Source of the DNA: Escherichia coli
GTDB lineage: Bacteria > Pseudomonadota > Gammaproteobacteria > Enterobacterales > Enterobacteriaceae
DNA: 64,000 bases
Assembly (NCBI RefSeq): GCF_022846255.1
Contig: NZ_AP025682.1
Direction: 5' to 3' (one strand)
Shown piece after piece: positions 24,142-32,753 of this stretch. A program made the position numbers and the translations under genes. How positions within the stretch are numbered: position 1 is the first letter of the stretch; each line of letters opens with the position of its first letter. Under the pieces are notes generated by a model. That model had not been told where the DNA came from and did not search any database. It saw only the letters and a list, made by a program, of their open reading frames with translations.

Positions 24142-24612
24142 ATGCTAAGTAACGATATTCTGCGCAGCGTGCGCTACATTTTGAAAGCCAATAATAATGA
24201 CCTGGTGCGTATTCTGGCGCTGGGTAATGTCGAAGCCACCGCGGAACAGATCGCCGTCTGGCTACGTAAAGAAGACGAAGAGGGTTTTCAGCGTTGTCCG
24301 GACATTGTTTTGTCTTCATTCCTCAATGGCCTGATTTATGAAAAACGCGGCAAGGATGAGTCTGCTCCGGCACTGGAGCCGGAACGTCGCATTAATAACA
24401 ACATCGTGCTGAAAAAATTACGCATCGCGTTTTCGCTTAAAACCGATGACATTCTGGCAATCCTCACCGAACAGCAGTTCCGCGTTTCGATGCCGGAAAT
24501 TACGGCGATGATGCGTGCACCGGATCATAAAAACTTCCGCGAATGCGGCGATCAATTTTTACGGTATTTTCTGCGTGGACTGGCAGCGCGCCAGCATGTG
24601 AAGAAAAGCTAA
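24142..24612 (+). CDS. yehS: DUF1456-family protein YehS (156 aa)
   Basis: ORF track 24085..24612; start at MLSNDILRSVRY (24142). Confidence 0.85.
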   Translation: MLSNDILRSVRYILKANNNDLVRILALGNVEATAEQIAVWLRKEDEEGFQRCPDIVLSSFLNGLIYEKRGKDESAPALEPERRINNNIVLKKLRIAFSLKTDDILAILTEQQFRVSMPEITAMMRAPDHKNFRECGDQFLRYFLRGLAARQHVKKS

Positions 24613-24621
24613 GACGGGTAT

Positions 24622-24646
24622 GGCGGCCATGCGAAACATGGCCGCC
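24622..24646. terminator. Hairpin shared by convergent yehS and yehR (putative bidirectional terminator)
   Basis: Perfect 10-bp stem ggcggccatg / catggccgcc with 5-nt loop cgaaa, lying between the two stop codons. Confidence 0.5.
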
Positions 24647-24652
24647 GACAGA

Positions 24653-25114
24653 TTATTTCACTTCTTTAAAACCAGCGGCTTTCATCACCAGTTCCATTTG
24701 CGCCATAGTGATACCTTTTTTGGCATCTTCAGCAGAAACGTTGATTCCTGAAATACCCTGCAGGGCTTTAAAATCCACTTTTTCCATATCAATAGTCACG
24801 TTTTCCTGCGCGTAGGTATCGGTATAGGTTAATTTTTCTTCAACACCTGCGATGTTTTTGTATTTGGCGCTTAACGGCTCAAGTGTCCTGGCGGCATCTT
24901 CTTTGGTGGTTGCACCAATGGAGGCAAATTGAATTTTGGTTTCAGAAGATTGCTTAAGCACCTTGTCACCTTTGTAGACATAGGTAATGGCAATTTCAGT
25001 GCCGTTCAGATTGGCGCTGAATTTCTTTGATTCTTCTTTGTCACCGCAGCCAGCAAGAGAGAAAACCAGAACAGATGCAACAACAAGGGAAAACAGCTTA
25101 TTGAAAGCCTTCAT
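24653..25114 (-). CDS. yehR: Lipoprotein YehR (DUF1307), 153 aa
   Basis: ORF track 24653..25126; start at MKAFNKLFSLVVASVLVFSLAGC (lipobox). Confidence 0.85.
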   Translation of the reverse strand: MKAFNKLFSLVVASVLVFSLAGCGDKEESKKFSANLNGTEIAITYVYKGDKVLKQSSETKIQFASIGATTKEDAARTLEPLSAKYKNIAGVEEKLTYTDTYAQENVTIDMEKVDFKALQGISGINVSAEDAKKGITMAQMELVMKAAGFKEVK

Positions 25115-25238
25115 GTAAAACTCCATTTTATTTAATCAAGGAACTGGTGACTCTCACCAGGGGCTATATAGGATATGCCTAATACTGTGGCGTGAGCAGT
25201 CCGGAACAGGAGTAGAACTCTTAATAAAAAGCACTATT

Positions 25239-27242
25239 TCATCCTTGTTGCTGAAGCATGGGGAATAATTGTTCGCAAAGCAAAACACCGTTATTCATTG
25301 CTTCTACCCGTGCCTCGCTTTCTGTATTACGAAATTGTCCCAACACATGTGCCAGCCGATAAAAACCCACCGCGGTGAGGTCATTCGCCAGCAACTCTGC
25401 CTGACCAATAGCACTCTGTTCCTGATAGCGCCAGCCGTTATGGAGCAGTTGAATAAGTAACGCCTGGCAGCGCATCAGCAACTGATGAGCGGTAGACGGC
25501 ACAGGCAGAACGCTGGCAGAAGGTAGCGGTGCCACAGGCGCAGTTTCTGCGTCCAGCGCCCAGGCGCGGGTTTTTGTCATCATCACCCGTGGTTCCAGTG
25601 TTAATTGCCCCTCTACAAAACTGACAAAGCCAGAAACCAGGCTCACGGGGTCGTCTGTTTGTTGCAAAAGCGCCGCCATGCGTTCAACGGCAAAAGGAGA
25701 ACAGGCAGATGCCGGAAGGGATAACGTCAGCACATTATCTTCCCCTTCGCCGCTGATTACCTGCGCATCCAGTGTCTGGCGGCTGCTATCCCAACCGAGC
25801 GAAATACACTCCGCTACCGGCAGAATAAATAAGTTATCGACCTGGTTGAGTGGTCGTATGCAGGCGGGGGGACGCTGGCGTAAATATTCCCGCAAAGCCA
25901 CAATGCCCGGCTGGCGCAACGGCGCGCTCAACATTAGCCAGGCGTCTGGCGACAGTGGAACAACGCCACTCAAGCGGTTACGGGTCGCGAACAGCAGCTC
26001 GCAATCGGCACTGCGTTTTGCAGCTTGTGAAACAATTTGCCCACCTGCCAGTGCGCCAGCCTGAAAACTAAACAGCCGACGCGTCGCTGCCGGTGAGTTT
26101 TCCTGTTCGCTTCTCTGCCAACTACGCGAAAGATGCAAAATACTTCCTGTGTCGGGATCGGTAAACCAGATGCGTAAACCATACTGCTCAATATCCTGCC
26201 AGCAACGCATACCTAAAGACACCAGCCGCAGATGATCAAGTTTTGCTTCTCCGGCAATACCAGCGCCAACGACCGTGCGCCACGGCATGGGAGGAACTTC
26301 ACCGATACTGTCGCGTCGCGCCATCTCTTGTACGCAATTTAATCGACTGTTTAATGCCGCAAGCTGACGTAAGCATTCTCCGGCATGGTAGTGGCTGGCA
26401 CGGGCGTGGAAGGCATCAACACTGGCGCGCAATTGCCGTAGCGATTCACTCACCCATCGCCAGTTGCAGCGTTCCGCCGCTTGCTGCGCGCGACTGAAAG
26501 CGGCCTCGTAATGGATTGGCGGTTGACTTATCCCGCCCAGCCATAATGCCTGGCTTAATTGCTGAACATATTGACGACACGTTTTGCCTTCTTCGCTGGC
26601 AAACGGATCATCAGATGATGTGGCGTGTTCACTGCGCATCTGCCAGATTAAATGAGTAAATTCCGCTTGCTGAGTTTTGGCCTCGACGAAGGCCTGCACA
26701 GCCAGTACGACATGTTCGCAAAGTGTGCCTTCAATGCAATCACAGCGTGCGAAGCGAATGCTGCTGCGGGAATAAAAACGCACATCGCTCATCGGTAATC
26801 GGGCAGAGGGAATTTCGCCAGGCGCACAGAACAACTCAATGGTGATGCCTTTAGCGACCAGCGCCTGCGCGCGTTTGCGGGTGGCATCGGGCAAGGTAGC
26901 CAGTTCTTTCAGCCAGATTGCCGGATCCCACTCTTCTTCTTTTTTTTCCGTAGGCTGGGCGGTGGCACAAAGTCGTTGATAACTTAACACCAGCATCACG
27001 CGATGACGGCACATGCCGCTGGCCCCGCAGGTGCACTGAGCCTCTTTCAGTGCCTGACTGTTCGCCAGCTGTGTACGGACACCGTCACTGAAAGTGGCGA
27101 TTAAAGCGCCGTTCTCATGGCTGATCTCCGGGACGTTGCCATTTTCCAGTTCCTTAAGGCTGCGCTTAACAAAACCGGCATTGCTTAACGCCGTCAGTGC
27201 CTGTGGTGTCAGTTCTAATAATTCCGGACGTAGTGAATTCAT
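25239..27242 (-). CDS. yehQ: SWIM-zinc-finger protein YehQ (last gene of yehLMPQ)
   Basis: ORF track 25239..27266; start placed at Met overlapping the yehP stop (ATGA); two CxCx5CxH SWIM motifs (CTCGASGMCRH, CDCIEGTLCEH). Exact start uncertain. Confidence 0.8.
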   Translation of the reverse strand: MNSLRPELLELTPQALTALSNAGFVKRSLKELENGNVPEISHENGALIATFSDGVRTQLANSQALKEAQCTCGASGMCRHRVMLVLSYQRLCATAQPTEKKEEEWDPAIWLKELATLPDATRKRAQALVAKGITIELFCAPGEIPSARLPMSDVRFYSRSSIRFARCDCIEGTLCEHVVLAVQAFVEAKTQQAEFTHLIWQMRSEHATSSDDPFASEEGKTCRQYVQQLSQALWLGGISQPPIHYEAAFSRAQQAAERCNWRWVSESLRQLRASVDAFHARASHYHAGECLRQLAALNSRLNCVQEMARRDSIGEVPPMPWRTVVGAGIAGEAKLDHLRLVSLGMRCWQDIEQYGLRIWFTDPDTGSILHLSRSWQRSEQENSPAATRRLFSFQAGALAGGQIVSQAAKRSADCELLFATRNRLSGVVPLSPDAWLMLSAPLRQPGIVALREYLRQRPPACIRPLNQVDNLFILPVAECISLGWDSSRQTLDAQVISGEGEDNVLTLSLPASACSPFAVERMAALLQQTDDPVSLVSGFVSFVEGQLTLEPRVMMTKTRAWALDAETAPVAPLPSASVLPVPSTAHQLLMRCQALLIQLLHNGWRYQEQSAIGQAELLANDLTAVGFYRLAHVLGQFRNTESEARVEAMNNGVLLCEQLFPMLQQQG

Positions 27243-28375
27243 GACTGAAGATTCTCCGCAAGCCATGATGCCAGCTCGCCCGGTGTCATGGCGGCTATTT
27301 GTGCGCCGACATTTACCAGCGCCTGGGCCGTATCGTGGTCATAGCAAGGTGTTGCGCTGCTATCGAGCGCCGCCAGTCCCAGCACTTTGATGCCGCTCTG
27401 GACACACTTTTTCACCTGATGCGTCAGCAATGATGATGACCCACCTTCATAAAAATCGCTCACGAGAATAATGACACTTTTTGCAGGTTGTTCAATAAGT
27501 TGCCGACCATACTCCACGGCACTGGCGATATTGGTCCCGCCGCCCAGTTGTACTTTCATTAATAACTCTACCGGATCGGCAACGTCTGCCGTGAGATCAA
27601 CCACGCTGGTGTCAAAAGCGACCAGATGGGTACGAATGCCGGGTAACTGCCATAAACAGGCCGCCATCACTGCGGAGTGGATCACCGAATCAACCATCGA
27701 TCCGCTTTGATCAACCAGTAGGACCAGTTGCCATTGTTCGCTATGGCGTTTAATGCGGCTGTTAAAGCGGGGGGATTCGATATACAACTTGCCGTGTTGC
27801 GGGTGCCAGTGTTGCAGGTTGGCGCGCAGAGTACTTTTGAAATCAAAGTTTCGCGCCAGTGAAATAAATGAGCGGCGACGGCGATCGCGTACTCCAGAAA
27901 AAGCCTGACGAACTTCCTTTGCCAGTCGCGCCATAATCTCTTCAACAACCTGGTGCACTATCCGGCGGGCGGCAGCCAGTACTTCGGGATTCATCAGATG
28001 TTTGGCGTGCAAAACGGCGCGTAGCAGGCTTTCAGAAGGCTGCATACGTTCCAGCACGTCGAGATTCGTCACCACATCTTCAATGCCGTAGCGCAGCACG
28101 GCATCGCTTTCCAGCCGCTCGATCACCCGTTGCGGAAACAGCGTGTGAATGCTGTTGATCCACTCAGGGGTGGTGAGATTTGAACGACCTAATCCACCGT
28201 AACGTTCACCACGCTGGAGCCGTTCAGGATCGCGCCCATACAGCCACTCCAGCGCGTGGTCTATCTGCCGGGCGTTGTCATCCAGCCCACAAAGCGTCGT
28301 TTCTGCCGCTTCGCCAAGAATTAATCGCCAGCGTTGTAGCTCACGGGTGGTCAGAAGATCGTTCAGTTCAGACAT
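27239..28375 (-). CDS. yehP: von Willebrand factor A (VWA) domain protein YehP (378 aa)
   Basis: ORF track 27239..28603; start at MSELNDLLTTRELQRW; MIDAS DxSxS motif (LVDQSGSM). Confidence 0.88.
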   Translation of the reverse strand: MSELNDLLTTRELQRWRLILGEAAETTLCGLDDNARQIDHALEWLYGRDPERLQRGERYGGLGRSNLTTPEWINSIHTLFPQRVIERLESDAVLRYGIEDVVTNLDVLERMQPSESLLRAVLHAKHLMNPEVLAAARRIVHQVVEEIMARLAKEVRQAFSGVRDRRRRSFISLARNFDFKSTLRANLQHWHPQHGKLYIESPRFNSRIKRHSEQWQLVLLVDQSGSMVDSVIHSAVMAACLWQLPGIRTHLVAFDTSVVDLTADVADPVELLMKVQLGGGTNIASAVEYGRQLIEQPAKSVIILVSDFYEGGSSSLLTHQVKKCVQSGIKVLGLAALDSSATPCYDHDTAQALVNVGAQIAAMTPGELASWLAENLQS

Positions 28376-30646
28376 GGAAAACTCCCCAGTGTTGCAGCGA
28401 TGCCAGTGCCTGCTGTTCGAGTTGTTGATGATGTGCAATGTCTTGTGGTGGACAATGCAACGGCATTTGCAGTGCCGAAACGGGAAGTTGCACCAGTTGA
28501 TAATGCTCAAGCACCTGATGTGCCAGCGTCCCGCGTTCTCGTGGTGGTAGCCAGGCCATCGCCGCGCGTAAATCGGGCAGGGCATTGATAAAATCGGCAT
28601 CACTCAGTTGATTTAAATGACTGCTGAAACCGGCGATAAATACCGGCTGACAGGCCAGTTGATGACGGGCTAATGCCAGCAAACCGTGCAGCGCCTCGCC
28701 GGATTGTGCCGGGGATAACTGCGCCAGCATCGTCAGCGCCGTTTCGGCACTGGCGTTGGGATGTTCCAGACGCATCAGTGCGCCAAGAGTCGCGCCGCGA
28801 TCCAGCGCCGGGGCATGAATCGCCTGACTGCGGCGCTCCAGTAAGGCTACTGCCGCAGAAAGCGAAACGCCGGGTAAATTAACGCCGCTATGTAGATCGC
28901 GCAGGATATGGCAAAGCGCCTGCCAGCTATGCAGGTGAGTGTGAAACTCCTTTTCATCCGGTCTGCCGTTGGATTCACATAGCCAGAGTGTGCGATCGAT
29001 AGCCGCGCATAACGTCGTCTGTAATATCTGCGCGCCTTGCATACCGCTAATTTCATCCAGCCGCCATAAGGCATATAGCACTTCCAGCGCCTGGCCCATT
29101 TCGGCGAATTGATTTTCCTGGGCGATTAATAATGTGAGTTGCTCCAGTAATTGTTGACTGAAGGACGCCAGACCCGCTAACGCCGCCTGGCTAAGACATG
29201 TGGTGATACTGCCGATTCCACCCGCGTCCAGCATATCGGCTTCTAATTTATTGCGTGCGGCTTCCTGGAGTGTGGCACCAAAGCAGGCGGCCTCAATTAA
29301 TGCCGCATGTTGCTAAGCGGGCGGGTTAATTTCCAGCGTTCTTCACCGTTGCCTGCAAGTGTCAGTGTGCTTCCCTGCTGGCGTACAATCCCTGGGATCT
29401 CCAGTATTGCCAGCCGATGTAACACCTGACTTTGCGCTAGTCCATTGGGGGTAAAGCGATTTAAGGTAAGCTCCGCCGGAAGAGAGATTGCGGTACGTTC
29501 CAGTTCGCAGGTGACATCTTTTGGCAGAGGCGGTTGTGGCGTAGAAGGGGCAAGTTTACCGAATCCGTCACCCGCTAATGTGTCTATCAACGTTAGCAGA
29601 ATCGGATCGGTATCGGGATGAATAACGCCGCGATAGCTCCACGGCAACGGCGCATTCAGGGCTTCTTTAATCAGCGATCCTGCTATGGCATCCAGCCAGT
29701 CAGTGCGTAACGGTAGTGTATGACCGCGCAACTGTGCCAGTGCCATCGCATGCAGATGAGCGGCAGCCATATCCGCGGTCGAAGCAGGCAACTTGTGCTG
29801 GCGCAAACGGGTGAGAACCGTTTTTAGCAATTGTTCTCCCGTCTGCTGTAAGCCCCACTGCCAGCACCAGTTTTGCCAGACCGGGGCAGGCATTCCTGAA
29901 AGGTATCCTGCCAGCACATCAAGGCGCTTTTCACTGTAGGGGGTGAGATAACAACCTGTAACGGCATCTGCCAGCGACGGCAATTCTGGCGTGTTAATTA
30001 CCTGCGGACATTCGCGCCACATTTTTGCCAGTGCCGGAGCGTGCCAGCCACCGCAGACAACTAACACGTCGCCATTATTTTGCTGCATCGCCCATGTAAT
30101 CCAGCGGGCCATAAAGGCTTCGCGCTGACGATTGAGAGCATCTCCGGGGGAGTCGCCCCGCAGTTGGGCAAAATAGTGCGCCAGTGCAGAGGGTAATGCA
30201 GTTTGCTGGCTTTCATCTTCGAACAAGTGATCCCACAGGGTGTCGCTGTTATCCATGCGGGTGGCACGCAGCAGCAAGGTCTGGCTTTCCTCTTGCGTAT
30301 CAGGCGAATCGTCCTCTTCTTCACTCTGCGCCCAGCAAGGCAAATCGATGAAGTAAGTTTGTGCCTGAATACGACGAGCGGCTTGTAGCGCCTGCCACTC
30401 CGGCGAAAATTCAGCATATGGCGTCCAGGCACCACGCCCGGGGGCTGCACCGTCCTGATACTGGCAATAACTGTAAATAGCTACCGGAAGCTGGTGGGCT
30501 AAAAACAGTTCGTCTACCCGGTCATTAAAATCAGCCGGGCCTTCAATCAACACGTATCGTGGCCGCTGGCTTTCGATTAACGATTTCACCAGCCGGGCGC
30601 AGGCCGGACTATGATGCCGGATGCCGACAATTAACGGCTCGCTCAT
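28368..30646 (-). pseudogene. yehM: yehM, split into two overlapping reading frames by an apparent 1-nt frameshift near 29300-29312
   Basis: N-terminal frame (ORF track 29297..30814, yehM start MSEPLIVGIRHHSPA at 30646) ends at a stop at 29297-29299; C-terminal frame (ORF track 28368..29234) is open upstream to about 29312. Span is 2279 nt, one short of the 2280 expected for the 759-aa protein. Confidence 0.7.
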
Positions 30647-30656
30647 GCATCTTTCC

Positions 30657-31745
30657 TCACGGCAGGCGGTGGCGGGCTTGATAATAAGCCTGCCAGTGAG
30701 CTTCTTTATGTGTGGCGACTCGCTGTTCGAAGTAACGGCGCAGACGAGCGCGATCTTCTTCGTTATCTTTGACGATGGTTCCGGCAATACAGTCCACCAG
30801 ATCGGCTGGCTCACCTGCGCGATTCGCTAAAAACCAGGCGCGGACGCCCACTGCGTGGGCCACGTTCACGGCTTCAGCGGTGGACATAATTGCCGTCAGG
30901 GTATCCATTGACGTTTTCTTTTCGCCGTTGGCACGCAGATCGCGGAAGGTGCGGACCAGTAACTCCAGTACCGCGTCAGGCACTTTATGCGGAATACCGC
31001 TATGGGCCAGCAAACGCGCCGAAGCACTGGCGACCAGTTCCAGCTCCTGGGCGAAATCCATAATCGGAAAGACGGTTTCAAAATCGAAGCGACGCTTTAG
31101 CGCGGCACTCATCTCATTGACGCCGCGATCGCGTGTATTGGCAGTGGCAATAATATTAAAGCCTTCCCGCGCATAGAGCTGACTGGCTTCACCGGTGAGT
31201 TCCGGCACCGTCATCACCCTGTCAGAAAGCATACCTAACAGACAGTCTTGTACTTCCAGCGGTGTACGCGTTATCTCTTCAAAACGGACGATTTTGCCGT
31301 CGCGCATTCCCTGGTAAAGCGGGGCAGGGACCAGTGCTTCCGTTGACGGACCATGGTTGATAAGCAGGGCGTAGTTCCAGCCGTACTTGATTTGATCTTC
31401 GGTGGTAGATGCGCCGCCCTGGATGGTTAACCCGGCATCGCCGCTAATAGCGGTTGCCAGTAATTCAGACAGGAGAGATTTTGCGGTGCCAGGTTCCCCC
31501 ACCAACATCAAACCGCGCCCGGTGGCAAGAGTGACTAACATACGTTCGACAGCGGAGGGACTAATCACCACTTTACGGCTAATATTTTGCGCGCTATCGC
31601 CAAGGATAAAAGCACGGGCCGCAGGCAAACTTAACTGCCAACCGGGCGGGCAAGGTGCGTGATCATTTTGTTTTAATTTTGCCAGTTCATCGGCGTATAA
31701 CACAGCGGCAGGCGGACGCTGCAGATGATTATTCTGCGGTGACAT
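30657..31745 (-). CDS. yehL: MoxR-type AAA+ ATPase YehL (362 aa)
   Basis: ORF track 30657..31811; start at MSPQNNHLQRPP (31745); Walker A GEPGTAKS; MoxR-like architecture. Confidence 0.88.
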   Translation of the reverse strand: MSPQNNHLQRPPAAVLYADELAKLKQNDHAPCPPGWQLSLPAARAFILGDSAQNISRKVVISPSAVERMLVTLATGRGLMLVGEPGTAKSLLSELLATAISGDAGLTIQGGASTTEDQIKYGWNYALLINHGPSTEALVPAPLYQGMRDGKIVRFEEITRTPLEVQDCLLGMLSDRVMTVPELTGEASQLYAREGFNIIATANTRDRGVNEMSAALKRRFDFETVFPIMDFAQELELVASASARLLAHSGIPHKVPDAVLELLVRTFRDLRANGEKKTSMDTLTAIMSTAEAVNVAHAVGVRAWFLANRAGEPADLVDCIAGTIVKDNEEDRARLRRYFEQRVATHKEAHWQAYYQARHRLP

Positions 31746-31854
31746 ATATTCATCCCTGAAATGTATTAATGAAATAAACGATATTTTACGCGCAATAAAT
31801 GTTTGCCGCATTAGTTGTTTGAGCGAAAAATATCTGGAAAGCAGATCACAGTAA

Positions 31855-31939
31855 ATAAAAAAACCTGCTGGTGAGGCAGGTTCTTTTATTTACTATTTTC
31901 AGGCCTAACACCACAGCCTGTGCAACATCGTGTTCCAAC
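31855..31939 (-). ncRNA. Candidate antitoxin small RNA (OrzO-like), about 85 nt
   Basis: Minus-strand sigma70-like promoter (-35 TTGCAA at 31969-31974, 17-nt spacer, -10 TATAAT as complement of 31946-31951); intrinsic terminator (7-bp stem 31862-31868/31876-31882 followed by a U-run on the minus strand); 5' segment complementary to 32086-32105 of the toxin 5' UTR. Confidence 0.5.
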
Positions 31940-31945
31940 GAACGA

Positions 31946-31996
31946 ATTATAACCACGGCTGGACCCCGTTGCAATTAAGATAATGAGATTTATAAT
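31946..31996. promoter_or_regulatory. Divergent back-to-back promoters sharing one palindromic -35 hexamer (TTGCAA)
   Basis: Plus strand: TTGCAA (31969-31974), 16-nt spacer, TATAAT (31991-31996), predicted TSS about 32001-32004. Minus strand: the same TTGCAA read in reverse, 17-nt spacer, TATAAT (complement of 31946-31951). Confidence 0.5.
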
Positions 31997-32177
31997 CCAG
32001 ACCGTTGGGACGTTGCGCCGGATCGAACCTATTTCAAGTCCTGGCTACCGGACGGGTGGTGCTGCAGGTGGTGCCCTGATCCGGAGTGCAACATCGTGGT
32101 CCAACATACGTAAACCAGTATCGACAGGCAGTGTAAGGGTAAGGTGCTGGTGTTGCGCTCCTTAATAAGGAGAGCGG

Positions 32178-32267
32178 ATGGACACGCTGACACAAAAGTT
32201 AACCGTGCTCATTGCTGTACTGGAGCTATTAGTGGCTCTGTTACGGTTGATTGATTTGTTGAAGTAA
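32178..32267 (+). CDS. zorO: 29-aa hydrophobic type I toxin candidate (ZorO-like / TisB-like)
   Basis: ATG at 32178 preceded by SD TAAGGAGA (32166-32173); product MDTLTQKLTVLIAVLELLVALLRLIDLLK is a single amphipathic/hydrophobic helix with a basic C-terminus; predicted 5' UTR of about 174 nt; own terminator follows. Gene name assigned from memory of the Zor-Orz family, not verified. Confidence 0.6.
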   Translation: MDTLTQKLTVLIAVLELLVALLRLIDLLK

Positions 32268-32290
32268 CGGGCAAATTGAAACGCATCTAA

Positions 32291-32319
32291 GGGGGAATAC
32301 CGTTTCCCCCTTTAATAAA
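32291..32319 (+). terminator. Intrinsic terminator of the small toxin gene
   Basis: ggggga-ataccgtt-tccccc hairpin followed by tttaataaa. Confidence 0.6.
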
Positions 32320-32507
32320 GCTATACTCGCCATACTTCAAGTTGCATATGCTGCGACTTGAAGTATGATGAGTATATTATTCTATTTCTTGGTTGAATAT
32401 ATTCTGTAGTTCACAATTAAAAATTGCTATTACAGTTTCATGTGATTCACCTCGTAATTTCCGCTCATCAATAAACTCATCTCTTGTATAAATCAACGCA
32501 TCATTTA

Positions 32508-32693
32508 TTAGTGGTCGGCATCTTCTCGATCACGTTGATGAAATGTTGGATGTAGCCGGAATCGTTCCAGTCGATAGACGGAACCTGTAAATAATTCAGA
32601 GAATTTATGGATCTCAAGTCTGAAGGAAAACGGATCTTCAGGAGCAGGAACCTCATAATCGTAAATAGCAACCAGCTCTTTTTGCACGATCAT
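32508..32693 (-). CDS. Hypothetical small protein (61 aa); possibly a remnant or variant of the yehK-position gene
   Basis: ORF track 32508..32693; a 15-codon ATG-initiated frame immediately downstream of the yehI stop runs into it out of frame; no recognisable domain. Confidence 0.3.
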   Translation of the reverse strand: MIVQKELVAIYDYEVPAPEDPFSFRLEIHKFSELFTGSVYRLERFRLHPTFHQRDREDADH

Positions 32694-32753
32694 CGCTTTT
32701 CCCGGTGGTAGGTCGTGTTGATAACGGGCAGTTGCATCACTGCCCGCTGTGTT

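Noticed and set aside
30061-30450. 129-aa minus-strand ORF (and 30203..30388 plus-strand) within yehM
   Set aside because: Alternative-frame ORFs nested in the yehM coding region; no independent support.
31983-32165. 60-aa plus-strand ORF upstream of the small toxin ORF
   Set aside because: Its ATG sits inside the predicted -10 region of the toxin promoter and the frame spans the predicted 5' UTR; Arg/Gly-rich product without an SD. Interpreted as non-coding leader.
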